DNA of 36,875 bases from a virus (IMGVR_UViG_2700989507_000031); one strand, 5' to 3'. Positions 9,069 to 18,511 are shown, counted from the stretch's first letter. Made by a program: numbers and translations. Notes: generated by a model not told the origin, from the letters alone.

Positions 9069-9270
9069 ATGGCTGGCTGACTGCCTGGTCCCTCCTGTGC
9101 CGGAGCCGTTCACGTTTGGGGCATCGGTCACTTACAACCTGCAACTGCTGGCGGTGATCAAGAACTGCAACGTGGACAAGGCCAGTATTCGTCGTCTGGA
9201 GGCGCGGCGACAACATGAATTTACTGATATGGCCGGAACGCCTGCTGTTCCGGCAGGAAAGACGAAGTAA
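8899..9270 (+). CDS. o-spanin (Rz1-like lipoprotein) candidate, overlapping the i-spanin in another frame
   Basis: Lipobox 'WLIGC' after a hydrophobic stretch, then a proline-rich mature region 'PSVKYVPVKPVPIPAEW...PPVPEP'. Alternative TTG start at 8944 gives a canonical ~24-aa lipoprotein signal. Confidence 0.55.
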   Translation: MKNNRTFSTARDSRALSAGRWQRCLRPLPLFLMMWLIGCAGPSVKYVPVKPVPIPAEWLADCLVPPVPEPFTFGASVTYNLQLLAVIKNCNVDKASIRRLEARRQHEFTDMAGTPAVPAGKTK

Positions 9271-9280
9271 GGAAAAAGGT

Positions 9281-9508
9281 ATGGATGATTCAGATCGTGC
9301 TCAGGCTGTGATGGAGCGGGGATCAGAACGCGCCCTTTGTAACCGGCTGACACGTAAGCGCCGGGCAATGGATGCTCCGGGCAGACGTGTCTGCGCGGAC
9401 TGTGGCGGAGAGATCCCCGCCGCACGTCTTGTTGCTGTGCCGGATGCCATCCGTTGTGTGAACTGCCAGAACATCATGGAGGCCCGTCATGTGGGTCAGC
9501 ATCGTTAA
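9281..9508 (+). CDS. TraR/DksA-family C4 zinc-finger protein
   Basis: 'CADCGGEIPAARL...AIRCVNCQ' (CxxC-x17-CxxC); SD 'aaggaaaaagg' before ATG 9281. Track ORF 9215 starts at an upstream alternative codon. Confidence 0.7.
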   Translation: MDDSDRAQAVMERGSERALCNRLTRKRRAMDAPGRRVCADCGGEIPAARLVAVPDAIRCVNCQNIMEARHVGQHR

Positions 9509-9800
9509 AGATTATGTTGTGCCGATCCTTTCGGCGACGGCAACCGCTGGCGGGATATTCATGGCGCTGATGCGCAAAACGTTTGTCCCCCGCGAGGCCT
9601 TTGAAAAACTCTCCGACCGCGTTGAGAAGGTGGAAACCCGCCTGTCGTCACTGCCGACAGAAGCTGAGGTCAACCGTCTGAATGTGGAAATCGTGACCCT
9701 GCGGGGTGAACTGAAAACCACGAACGCCACGCTCCGCTCTGTCTCCTATCAGAACGAACTGCTGCTGGAGCAGGCGGTAAGGAAAAAAACGAATGAGTGA
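9489..9800 (+). CDS. Small membrane protein with C-terminal coiled coil (possible lysis accessory or releasin-like factor)
   Basis: N-terminal hydrophobic 'VVPILSATATAGGIFMALM', then a heptad-like charged region; sits between the lysis genes and terminase. Confidence 0.45.
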   Translation: MWVSIVKDYVVPILSATATAGGIFMALMRKTFVPREAFEKLSDRVEKVETRLSSLPTEAEVNRLNVEIVTLRGELKTTNATLRSVSYQNELLLEQAVRKKTNE

Positions 9801-10083
9801 TTTCATTACTGAAGATCAGCGTCTGGTCATTCTGCGGTCGCTGGCAGATTACAACGGTGAACTGGGTGAATCCGTGCTCCAGGACTGTCTGGATGATTAC
9901 GGCCACCGCGTGTCCCGCGACACCGTTCACACCCACATTGCCTGGCTTGCCGAGCAGGGACTGGTGCGCAAACGCGTTCTGATTAACGGTTATTTCATCG
10001 CGGAACTGACCGGCCGGGGGCAGGATGTGGCGGAAGGCCGCGCCAGCGTTCCGGGTGTGAAGAAACCACGCGCAAGGGGGTAA
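9793..10083 (+). CDS. Hypothetical protein, winged-helix-like (96 aa), upstream of small terminase
   Basis: ORF overlapping the upstream stop; no clear family. Confidence 0.45.
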   Translation: MSDFITEDQRLVILRSLADYNGELGESVLQDCLDDYGHRVSRDTVHTHIAWLAEQGLVRKRVLINGYFIAELTGRGQDVAEGRASVPGVKKPRARG

Positions 10084-10085
10084 CG

Positions 10086-10667
10086 ATGGACAAGCCGACG
10101 CGTGGACGCGTGCGCAAGGTGGATTTGCTCCCCGACAGCATCCGTAAGCCACTGCTGGAAATGCTGCGTGAAAAACGTCTGACGCAGGTCCAGATACGCG
10201 AGGAAATCAACCGTCTGATCCGTGAGGCGGGCCTGCCGGAAGAGCAGCAGCTTTCACCGGCGGCCATCAGCCGGGAAGCCTCCCGTAATGAGCTGATTGC
10301 CCGTAACCTGCGTGATTTACGCGAGCAGACAAAAGCCATGATGGCCGAACTGGGGGACAAGCCAACCGGTGAAACCACTGCATTGATCCTGGAGATGTCC
10401 CGCGCCCTGATGTACCGCCGTCTGCGTGCCGCGACCGAATCCCTGAACAGTGACAGCGACGTGGATATGCGTCTTATTAAGGACATCCTCCTGTCAGCAC
10501 AGCGTGCGGAAAGTGCCGCCGAGCGCAGCATTAAGCGTGAAAAAGAAATCAGGGCTGCATTTGCTGAAGAGATGGCAAACGCCGTCACCGACGAGCTGCG
10601 CGGCGTGGACGGGATGAGTGAACAGCTTGAGTCCCGTATTAAGGGGATTCTGTTGGGTAAAGTCTGA
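10086..10667 (+). CDS. Terminase small subunit, Mu gp27-like
   Basis: Position immediately upstream of the large terminase; basic N-terminus 'KPTRGRVRKVDLLPDSIRKPLLEML'; size and position as in Mu gp27. Confidence 0.65.
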   Translation: MDKPTRGRVRKVDLLPDSIRKPLLEMLREKRLTQVQIREEINRLIREAGLPEEQQLSPAAISREASRNELIARNLRDLREQTKAMMAELGDKPTGETTALILEMSRALMYRRLRAATESLNSDSDVDMRLIKDILLSAQRAESAAERSIKREKEIRAAFAEEMANAVTDELRGVDGMSEQLESRIKGILLGKV

Positions 10668-12331
10668 TGAATAACGCCGAAGAACTCTCCCCCTTACTGA
10701 CGAATACCGTCTCCACCCGCAAAATTGATCTGGCCGGTGAAAAAGCCCTGCTGGGCGTGGATGTGCCGGACAGCCTTGATTTGCCCGGTGATATGCCGGT
10801 ATTTCTGGATTATCAGGCCCGCTGGTTTGAGGATGAAAGCGAGGTCTGCATCGCGGAAAAATCCCGCCGCACCGGGCTTACCTGGGCGGAAGCCGGGCGT
10901 AACGTCATTACCGCTGCAAAACCGAAGCGGCGCGGTGGCCGCAATGTGTTTTATGTGGGGTCAAAGCAGGAGATGGCGCTGGAATATATTTCTGCCTGTG
11001 CACTGTTCTCCCGTGCCTTTAACCAGCTGGCAGATGCTGATGTGTATGAGCAGACCTTCTGGGATCGGGATAAAAAAGAAGAAATTCTGACCTACATGAT
11101 CCGCTTTCCGAACAGTGGATTCAAAATTCAGGCACTGTCTTCCCGTCCGTCAAACCTGCGCGGCCTTCAGGGGGATGTGGTGATTGATGAAGCCGCGTTC
11201 CACGAGTCACTGGATGAGCTTCTCAAGGCGGCAATGGCGCTTACCATGTGGGGCGCGCGCGTGCGTATTATCTCCACGCATAACGGCGTCGATAATCTGT
11301 TTAATCAGTACATTCAGGAAGCCCGCGAAGGGCGCAAGGATTACAGCGTCCACCGCATTACCCTGGATGATGCCATTGCGGACGGGCTGTACCGTCGTAT
11401 CTGTTATGTCACCGGCCGCGAATGGTCACCGGAAAGCGAGCAGAAGTGGCGTGATGATCTCTACAAAAACGCCCCGACCCGTGAGGATGCCGACGAGGAA
11501 TACGGCTGTATCCCGAAAAAATCCGGCGGTGCCTATATTCCTCACGCGCTTATTGAAATGGCGATGATCCGCGACATCCCGATTCTGACGTTTGAAGCCC
11601 CGGACGACTTCATCAGCCGTGCCGCATGGCTGCGTGAATCGGAGGTTTTAACCTGGTGTGAAGAACATTTAAAACCGCTTTTAGAGGCGTTAAATCCCCG
11701 TTCCCGATTCAGCTTCGGGGAAGACTTTGCCCGCACCGGAGACCTGTCCTGTTTTGTGCTGCTGGAAATCACTGAATCCCTGGCAAAACGCGAGGTGTTT
11801 CGCGTGGAGCTGCGCAACCTGCCGTATGCCCAGCAGGAGCAGGTGATGATGTACATCCTGACCCGCGTTCCGGCGCTGGTCGGTGCGGCGTTCGACGCCA
11901 CCGGTAACGGCGGCTATCTGGCCGAAGCCGCGCTGCTGGCCTTTGGCCCGGACATCATCGACTGCGTGATGTTATCGCCGAAGTGGTACGGCGAGTGGAT
12001 GCCAAAACTGAAGGCCGAGTTTGAGGATCAGAATATCCTCGTCGCCCGCCATCAGACCACGCTTGATGATTTGCGCCATGTGAAGGTGGTGAACGGTATC
12101 CCGCAAATCGACAAGGGGCGTACGAAGGACCAGAACGCAACGGCTGTGAACGCCCGCCGCCATGGTGATTTTGCCGTGGCGCTCTGTATGGCAAACCGGG
12201 CGTCATACATGGAGGGCTTTATCCTGGATGAATCAGCCTGCCAGGCGCTGCCGGAGCGGTCGCGGGCCATGGAGGGCGGTTATCGTGATGACGATGAGGC
12301 ATATCATGAATTTGATCGGGGGTGCTGGTAG
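10667..12331 (+). CDS. Terminase large subunit, Mu gp28-like
   Basis: 554 aa; ATPase-like 'VFYVGSKQEMALEY' and 'GDVVIDEAAF', nuclease-like C-terminus; start overlaps the small-terminase stop. Confidence 0.85.
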   Translation: MNNAEELSPLLTNTVSTRKIDLAGEKALLGVDVPDSLDLPGDMPVFLDYQARWFEDESEVCIAEKSRRTGLTWAEAGRNVITAAKPKRRGGRNVFYVGSKQEMALEYISACALFSRAFNQLADADVYEQTFWDRDKKEEILTYMIRFPNSGFKIQALSSRPSNLRGLQGDVVIDEAAFHESLDELLKAAMALTMWGARVRIISTHNGVDNLFNQYIQEAREGRKDYSVHRITLDDAIADGLYRRICYVTGREWSPESEQKWRDDLYKNAPTREDADEEYGCIPKKSGGAYIPHALIEMAMIRDIPILTFEAPDDFISRAAWLRESEVLTWCEEHLKPLLEALNPRSRFSFGEDFARTGDLSCFVLLEITESLAKREVFRVELRNLPYAQQEQVMMYILTRVPALVGAAFDATGNGGYLAEAALLAFGPDIIDCVMLSPKWYGEWMPKLKAEFEDQNILVARHQTTLDDLRHVKVVNGIPQIDKGRTKDQNATAVNARRHGDFAVALCMANRASYMEGFILDESACQALPERSRAMEGGYRDDDEAYHEFDRGCW

Positions 12332-13920
12332 TGGGACGTATAATTGATCTTGACGGAAAACCTTTCTCCTTTGACCCGGAGATGCAGAGCGCCGCGCTGG
12401 ATATTCCGCAGATTGCCAGCCGTTATATTGAACATCCGGCCTCGGGTATCACCCCGAACCGGGCGGCACAGTGCCTTCGCGGGGCTGAACGTGGCGATCT
12501 GATTGCCCAGTCCGATCTGGCCGCTGACATTGAAGAAAAGGATACCCACCTTTTTGCAGAGCTGGGCAAGCGACGCCTTGCCATTCAGGGGGTGCCCTGG
12601 AGTATTGAGCCGCCACCGAACGCCAGCGCGAATGAGAAAAAGGACGCGGAAATGCTCGACGAATATCTGCATTCCGCCGACTGGTTTGATGCCATGCTGT
12701 TTGATGCCACCGATGCCATCCTGAAAGGCTATTCCTGCATGGAGATTGAGCACGGGATGCTCGGTAAAATGCACATCATCCGCGCCATCCGCTGGCGTGA
12801 CAGCGGGCATTTCTGCCTTAACCCGGATGATTTGAGCGAACTGCGGCTGCGTGACGGCAGCCATGCCGGGGTGGCGTTTCAGCCCTTTGGCTGGATAGTG
12901 CATCAGTCACGTTCACGCACCGGTTACGGCGGCGCAACGGGGCTTGTCAGGACGCTTATCTGGCCGTTCATTTTCAAAAACTATTCCGTGCGCGATCTGG
13001 CTGAATTTCTGGAGGTGTACGGCCTGCCGATGAAGGTCGGTAAATACCCGTCCGGGGCAACGCCGGAGCAGAAAAGCGCCCTGATGCGGGCGGTGATGGA
13101 TATCGGGCGACGTACAGGCGGGATCATCCCGGCCGGGATGTCGCTGGAGTTTCAGGCGGCAGCGAACGGTCAGGCCGATCCGTTTGAAACCATGATTTCG
13201 TGGGGGGAGCGTTCCATCTCCAAAGCTATCCTCGGCGGCACGCTGACCACGGAAGCCGGAGACAAGGGCGCACGTTCGCTGGGTGAAGTGCATAACGAGG
13301 TGCGCCGGGAAATCAGGGATTCTGATTTACGTCAGCTGGCCGCCACGCTGAACCGCGATCTGGTGTATCCGCTGTATGCCCTGAACACCGCCCACGCCAT
13401 TGATATCCGTCGCCTGCCGCGTATCTGTTTCCAGACAAAAGAGCCGGGGGATATCACCAAAATCACCAGTGCGGTGATGCAGCTCAGTACGGGGATGGAT
13501 ATTCCTGATCCCTGGGTACGGGAGCAGACCGGTATTCCACAGCCTGCCCCCGGTGAAGCCATCTTCCGTGTCCGTCAGAGTGGCAATGAACCTGCTCAGA
13601 CAGACAAAGAGATGCCACCGGAAAAACAGGAAAAGACAGAGCAGACAGCGCTGGCTGCCAGACTGCCGGAAGCGAAGAGCAGCCCCCGAGATGAACTGGA
13701 CGACATGGGGGATGCGGTGCCTGCCCGCCGGTTACAGGAGGCCATCGACCCGGTACTGGAGCCGGTCATTGAAGCCATCAGAACGCGGGGGCTGGCGGAG
13801 GCACTGGCAGACCTGCCTGCCCTTTACCGTGAAATGGATGATTCCCGCCTGATGACGCTGCTCAGTGATGCCATGTTTGCTGCGGAAATGAAGGGGATGC
13901 TGGATGGCACAGGGGATTGA
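12322..13920 (+). CDS. Portal protein, Mu gp29-like
   Basis: 532 aa, GTG start overlapping the terminase stop; follows terminase and precedes the Mu F-like gene. Confidence 0.8.
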   Translation: MLVVGRIIDLDGKPFSFDPEMQSAALDIPQIASRYIEHPASGITPNRAAQCLRGAERGDLIAQSDLAADIEEKDTHLFAELGKRRLAIQGVPWSIEPPPNASANEKKDAEMLDEYLHSADWFDAMLFDATDAILKGYSCMEIEHGMLGKMHIIRAIRWRDSGHFCLNPDDLSELRLRDGSHAGVAFQPFGWIVHQSRSRTGYGGATGLVRTLIWPFIFKNYSVRDLAEFLEVYGLPMKVGKYPSGATPEQKSALMRAVMDIGRRTGGIIPAGMSLEFQAAANGQADPFETMISWGERSISKAILGGTLTTEAGDKGARSLGEVHNEVRREIRDSDLRQLAATLNRDLVYPLYALNTAHAIDIRRLPRICFQTKEPGDITKITSAVMQLSTGMDIPDPWVREQTGIPQPAPGEAIFRVRQSGNEPAQTDKEMPPEKQEKTEQTALAARLPEAKSSPRDELDDMGDAVPARRLQEAIDPVLEPVIEAIRTRGLAEALADLPALYREMDDSRLMTLLSDAMFAAEMKGMLDGTGD

Positions 13921-15235
13921 TTTAGGTTATGCCGCCACCCTTCCCTCAAAAGAGGCGGTGGCATACTTCCGCGCCAAAGGGGCGCATATCAGCTGGAACT
14001 GGTTCGAAACAAACGCAGATGTTCATGCCCGTTCATTCACGGCGGCAAAAGTGGCACGCCTGGACGTACTGACCACACTACAGGCGGAAGTGCAGCGTGC
14101 TGTTGATGAGGGGATTTCACAGAAAGCATTTATCCGCACACTGACACCCCGCCTGCAAAAGCTGGGATGGTGGGGAAAGCAGATTGTGGTGGACAGCGCC
14201 GGTAACGCAGAAGAAGTGCAACTGGGCAGTCCCCGCCGTCTGGCGCTGATTTACAACGTGAACACCCGCGTGGCTTACAATGCCGGGCGTTACACGCAGA
14301 TGATGAACAACACGGACACGCATCCGTTCTGGCAGTATGTGGCGGTGATGGACAGCCGCACCCGCCCGGCGCATTCCGCCCTTAACGGGCTGGTATTCCG
14401 CTATGACGATCCGTTCTGGAATACACACTACCCGCCCAATGGCTGGAACTGTCGCTGTCGTGTCCGGCCATTGTCTCAGGCCCGTCTGGATGCGATGGGG
14501 CTGTCTGTTTCATCCGGTCAGGATCATCTCTCCACCCGCAATGTTGAGGCTGGCGTGGATAAGCAGACCGGAGAAGTCAGAGAAATGCCGGTGACCACAT
14601 ATTCAGATGGCACCAGAACCATGACACCGGATGTGGGCTGGTCATATAACCCCGGTTCGGCGGCGTTCGGCACAGACCAGGCGCTGATCCGTAAACTGAT
14701 CGAGGTAAAAAGCCCGGCGTTACGGGAAATGGTGGTTCAGGAGATGAACAACAGCCCGGAGCGGCAGCTGGCGTTCCGTATCTGGGCCAAAAACATCATG
14801 AAGACCCGGCGAGGCGGTAACGATATCCGCACGCTGGGCTTTATAACCGAAAGCATTGCGCAGGCCGTGGAAAGCCGGACGGGAGCGCCACCGGCCCGCC
14901 TGCTGGCGATGAGCGGTAAAAATGTGCTCCATGCGGACAGCATGAAACATCAGAATGACGGCATTGCCCTGACGCCGGAGGATTTCGGGCGATTACCGGC
15001 AATGCTGGCAAAGCCAAAAGCGGTACTGTGGGATAAACGCCACAACAATCTGATGTATATCGTGGAAAATCAGGATGGCAGTGTGCAGATTGCCGTTAAT
15101 GCGCCGTACAGCCTGAAGCGTCAGCCGGATAAACTGGATGTGATTGTGAATGCTTACCGGGTTATCAATATGGATAAGCTGAAATCGGATATCCGGGGCG
15201 GAATGCTTGAGGTACTGGAAGGAGATATTGATTAA
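13904..15235 (+). CDS. Head morphogenesis protein, Mu F-like (gp30)
   Basis: Hallmark 'HYPPNGWNCRCRVRP' of the Mu F / SPP1 gp7 family. Confidence 0.85.
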   Translation: MAQGIDLGYAATLPSKEAVAYFRAKGAHISWNWFETNADVHARSFTAAKVARLDVLTTLQAEVQRAVDEGISQKAFIRTLTPRLQKLGWWGKQIVVDSAGNAEEVQLGSPRRLALIYNVNTRVAYNAGRYTQMMNNTDTHPFWQYVAVMDSRTRPAHSALNGLVFRYDDPFWNTHYPPNGWNCRCRVRPLSQARLDAMGLSVSSGQDHLSTRNVEAGVDKQTGEVREMPVTTYSDGTRTMTPDVGWSYNPGSAAFGTDQALIRKLIEVKSPALREMVVQEMNNSPERQLAFRIWAKNIMKTRRGGNDIRTLGFITESIAQAVESRTGAPPARLLAMSGKNVLHADSMKHQNDGIALTPEDFGRLPAMLAKPKAVLWDKRHNNLMYIVENQDGSVQIAVNAPYSLKRQPDKLDVIVNAYRVINMDKLKSDIRGGMLEVLEGDID

Positions 15236-15356
15236 CGGTCAGTGGCGGGGGTCGAACCCGCATACATGATCCACCCGGAGGCAGGCACCGACTTTACCAG
15301 TTAAGCGTACACTGACCGCCTGCTTATTTTATATTCATATTTTATACGGAGGCAAT

Positions 15357-15830
15357 ATGTCATCCATTGATGCCGCCGTCGTTGTTGACGTTACGCGTCT
15401 CCAGCGGGTCTTTGCCCGGCTTCAGTTTGTGGGTGGTGGAAAAGACCTGACCCGCAGTGTGGCGTCCAGCCTTCTGTCATCGTCAGAAATGGCGTTTGAA
15501 CAGGAAAAAGAGCCGGACGGCGAACGCTGGCATGACTGGTCAGATCCTTACCGCAAGTGGCGTACCCGTAAGGGATACATGCCCGGCAAAATCCTGACGC
15601 TGAACGGCGATCTGGCCCGACGCCTGACCACGGATTATGGCGATACCTGGGCGCTGATTGGATCAAATGAGCCTTATGCGGCCATTCATCAGTGGGGGGG
15701 CCTGCCCGGTATGCCGCCTGGACCGGCGGCCATTGGTGCACGTCCGTATATGGGCTTTGATCAGGTGGCAGAGCAGGAGATCATGGACGAAATCAGAAAA
15801 CGCTTTAAAAAGGCCACAGAAACGCCTTAA
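15357..15830 (+). CDS. Virion morphogenesis protein, Mu G-like
   Basis: 157 aa with 'AAIHQWGG' segment; SD 'acggagg'; conserved position between F and I. Confidence 0.7.
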   Translation: MSSIDAAVVVDVTRLQRVFARLQFVGGGKDLTRSVASSLLSSSEMAFEQEKEPDGERWHDWSDPYRKWRTRKGYMPGKILTLNGDLARRLTTDYGDTWALIGSNEPYAAIHQWGGLPGMPPGPAAIGARPYMGFDQVAEQEIMDEIRKRFKKATETP

Positions 15831-16006
15831 TTGTTTAAGGTATGCAAATGCATTACCTTACCCCCTTCAGGCGCGTGTCGTGATTTTCTAACCTGAATTT
15901 AACGGGCTGTAAAATCTGCGTGAAGCGCCTTTGTATTTTTCCCCTGAAAGCACTTCCTGAAATCCCGCAAAACCCGCCCTGAAAATTCCCGGCCTATGCT
16001 GCCGGA
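15831..16006 (+). promoter_or_regulatory. Intergenic region upstream of the I gene with three CCTGAAA repeats; candidate late promoter
   Basis: 'cctgaaa' at 15943, 15956 and 15978; the only sizeable non-coding gap in the head operon, where Mu has its activator-dependent P_I. Confidence 0.4.
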
Positions 16007-17131
16007 ATGAAGACGAAAAACACGCCCAAACTTGCTTATGCCATTCTGAATGCCATCAGCCTGTCCGCAGACGGGGACGGTGACTGGTGTCAGATCATGC
16101 CAGCCGGTCGGGTAAAGGCCCGTGACGGTCGCCCGGAAAAACCGGCCGAGGGCTGGCTGATCAACCATGCAGCCGTTGAGCGCATGGTCTCCCGTGTTGT
16201 GGCGCTCAATCAGCCGGTGAAAATTGACTACAACCACCAGACCCTGATTGAGGGACATCCGGCACCGGCTGCCGGTTTTGTGATGGCCTCACCGGAGAAT
16301 TTTCGCTTCAGTGAAGAGCGAGGTTTCGAGGTGCGCCCGAAGTGGAACCCTCCGGCCCTTGAACATCTGCGTAATAACGAATTCCCCTGGTTTTCACCGG
16401 TGATTGGCTATGACGAGAGCACCGGCGAACCTGTCGAACTTCGGATGCTGGCTATTACCGGTGACCCCGGTCTGACCGGCATGAATCCTGTCGCCGCACT
16501 GTCGGCGGATGACCTTTATAACGCCTTAAACCCTCCTTTAAAGGATACCTCCATGAATGAGCAATTACGCCAGTTGCTGACGGCGCTCGGTCTGACCGTG
16601 GCTGACGGTGACGAATTTACGCCGGAGCTGGGCACGGCAGCGCTGTCTGCCCTCACCGGGATCAAAACCCGTGCGGATGCACACGACAACCTGAAAACAC
16701 AGGTCGCCAGTCTGTCGGCAGAGCTGGAAACCGCAAAAGGCACACCGGCTGGCGGCAGTATTGATCTGACGAAATACGTGCCCGTTGAAACGTATAACGC
16801 CCTGCGTACCGAATACGTTGCGCTGTCGGCACAGCACGGCAGCACCACACTGGAGCAGGTGCTGGACAAGGCTGAATCCGAAGGGCGCATCTTCAAAAGC
16901 GAACGCGGCTATCTGGAACAACTGGGCGGGCAGATTGGCGTGGCGGCACTTTCTGCACAGCTTGACGCCCGACAGCCGGTTGCGGCCCTGACCGGTCTTC
17001 AGACCGACACCGTGACCGTGCCGGATAAAAAGACTGCCACCGCTGTGCTGTCGGCTGAAGATATCGCGGCCGCCAAACTGCTGGGTAAAACCGAAGCCGA
17101 GTTCCTGAAAATGAAAGAGGAAATGCAATAA
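16007..17131 (+). CDS. Head protease/scaffold protein, Mu I-like (gp32)
   Basis: 374 aa; N-terminal protease-like domain and Ala-rich coiled C-terminal half; directly precedes the major head gene. Confidence 0.8.
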   Translation: MKTKNTPKLAYAILNAISLSADGDGDWCQIMPAGRVKARDGRPEKPAEGWLINHAAVERMVSRVVALNQPVKIDYNHQTLIEGHPAPAAGFVMASPENFRFSEERGFEVRPKWNPPALEHLRNNEFPWFSPVIGYDESTGEPVELRMLAITGDPGLTGMNPVAALSADDLYNALNPPLKDTSMNEQLRQLLTALGLTVADGDEFTPELGTAALSALTGIKTRADAHDNLKTQVASLSAELETAKGTPAGGSIDLTKYVPVETYNALRTEYVALSAQHGSTTLEQVLDKAESEGRIFKSERGYLEQLGGQIGVAALSAQLDARQPVAALTGLQTDTVTVPDKKTATAVLSAEDIAAAKLLGKTEAEFLKMKEEMQ

Positions 17132-18078
17132 TGCCTACCCCGATTACACCGGCGATGATCACCGCCCTGATGACGGGCTACCGTTCTGATTTTCAGGCCG
17201 GGATGTCCATGGCCCCGTCGCAGTACAAAAAAATTGCGATGACCGTACCGTCCACGTCGAAATCCAACACCTACGGCTGGCTGGGGCAGTTCCCGCAGTT
17301 CCGTGAGTGGATCGGCTCCCGCGTCATTGAGAAGATGAAAGCCTATGGCTATGCCATCGTGAACAAAACCTTTGAAGGCACCGTCGCCATTAACCGCGAT
17401 GACTTCGAAGACGATAACCTCGGTATTTATTCCCCGTTGTTCCAGGAGATGGGGCGCGCTGCTGCGGCACAACCGGATGAGCTGGTCTTTGCTGCTCTTC
17501 GTGACGGGATTAATGCGGCCTGCTATGACGGCCAGAACTTCTTTGATACCGAACATCCTGTTTACCCCAAGGTGGATGGCTCCGGGGATGTGCAGATGGT
17601 CAGCAATATGTTTGTGGCGAAAACCGGCTCTGTCGGCGCACAGGCGGATTACAGCGGTCCTGCCTGGTATCTGCTCGACTGTTCACGCGCAATCAAGCCG
17701 CTGATTTATCAGGATCGCCGTAAGGCCGAGCTGGTTGCCCAGACCAAAGTCGATGAAGGTCGCGCATTCACCGATAACGAATTTGTGTTTGGTGCATCCG
17801 CCCGTCGCAATGTGGGCTACGGCTTCTGGCAGATGGCCTACATGATGCAGTCACCGCTGACGCTGGATGCACTGTGGCACGGCTGGTCAGCCATGCGCGA
17901 ATTTACCGCTGACGGTGGCCGCAAACTCGGCATTAAACCCACCCATATTGTTGTCCCCACCTCGCTGGAAAAACAGGCGGTGCAGCTGCTGGAGCGTGAA
18001 CTGTTCGCAGACGGAAACGCAACCGTCTCTAACGAGATGAAGGGCAAGCTGGAGCTGGTTGTCGCGGATTATCTGTAA
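17131..18078 (+). CDS. Major head subunit, Mu T-like (gp34)
   Basis: 315 aa; start overlaps the I stop; conserved position. Confidence 0.85.
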   Translation: MPTPITPAMITALMTGYRSDFQAGMSMAPSQYKKIAMTVPSTSKSNTYGWLGQFPQFREWIGSRVIEKMKAYGYAIVNKTFEGTVAINRDDFEDDNLGIYSPLFQEMGRAAAAQPDELVFAALRDGINAACYDGQNFFDTEHPVYPKVDGSGDVQMVSNMFVAKTGSVGAQADYSGPAWYLLDCSRAIKPLIYQDRRKAELVAQTKVDEGRAFTDNEFVFGASARRNVGYGFWQMAYMMQSPLTLDALWHGWSAMREFTADGGRKLGIKPTHIVVPTSLEKQAVQLLERELFADGNATVSNEMKGKLELVVADYL

Positions 18079-18121
18079 ACGGTGAGCCGGGCTTGCGGCC
18101 CGGCCCCTGCGGAGGGCAAAT

Positions 18122-18511
18122 ATGAATGAACATCACACTGTGGCAGCAACAGATGATTCAGGTCTTCAGGTCAGTGGTGACAATTCTGTCACGGTGCTGG
18201 CAGAAGTGCGTTGCAGTCGTTCGGCGTTTCGTCGTGCGGGGTTTCTGTTCACGCGTGGACGTCAGCAGGTTGAGGTCACCCCGGAGCAGCTTGCCCGACT
18301 GGAGGCGGAGCCATGCCTCACTGTGCGAATACTACAGACGTCTGCTGATGATGCGGGGAGCGTGGCGGGTGTGGTTCATGCAGTGGCCTGTACAGATTTA
18401 GCCGGAGCCGAAGCCGAAGCTGAAGCTGAAGCTGAAGCTGAAGCCGGACAGGATGCTCCCCGGAAAAAGACCGGTAACAAAGCGAAACAGGCGAAAAAGG
18501 CCCGCGCATGA
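18122..18511 (+). CDS. Small head-region protein with (Ala-Glu)n repeat and Lys-rich tail
   Basis: Contains 'AEAEAEAEAEAE' then 'RKKTGNKAKQAKKARA'; sits between major head and gp36-like genes. Confidence 0.5.
   Translation: MNEHHTVAATDDSGLQVSGDNSVTVLAEVRCSRSAFRRAGFLFTRGRQQVEVTPEQLARLEAEPCLTVRILQTSADDAGSVAGVVHAVACTDLAGAEAEAEAEAEAEAGQDAPRKKTGNKAKQAKKARA
18407..18442 (+). repeat. Hexanucleotide tandem repeat (GCNGAA)x6, in frame
   Basis: 'gccgaagccgaagctgaagctgaagctgaagctgaa' read directly. Confidence 0.9.

Noticed and set aside
15236-15320. Possible tRNA gene on the minus strand (T-arm-like hairpin plus 7-bp acceptor-like stem)
   Set aside because: No anticodon stem-loop can be drawn by hand from the intervening sequence and the D-arm is non-canonical. 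Kept only as a structured element.
15831-16006. Anti-CRISPR locus between G and I (as in Pseudomonas Mu-like phages)
   Set aside because: The gap is only 176 bp and contains no plausible ORF.
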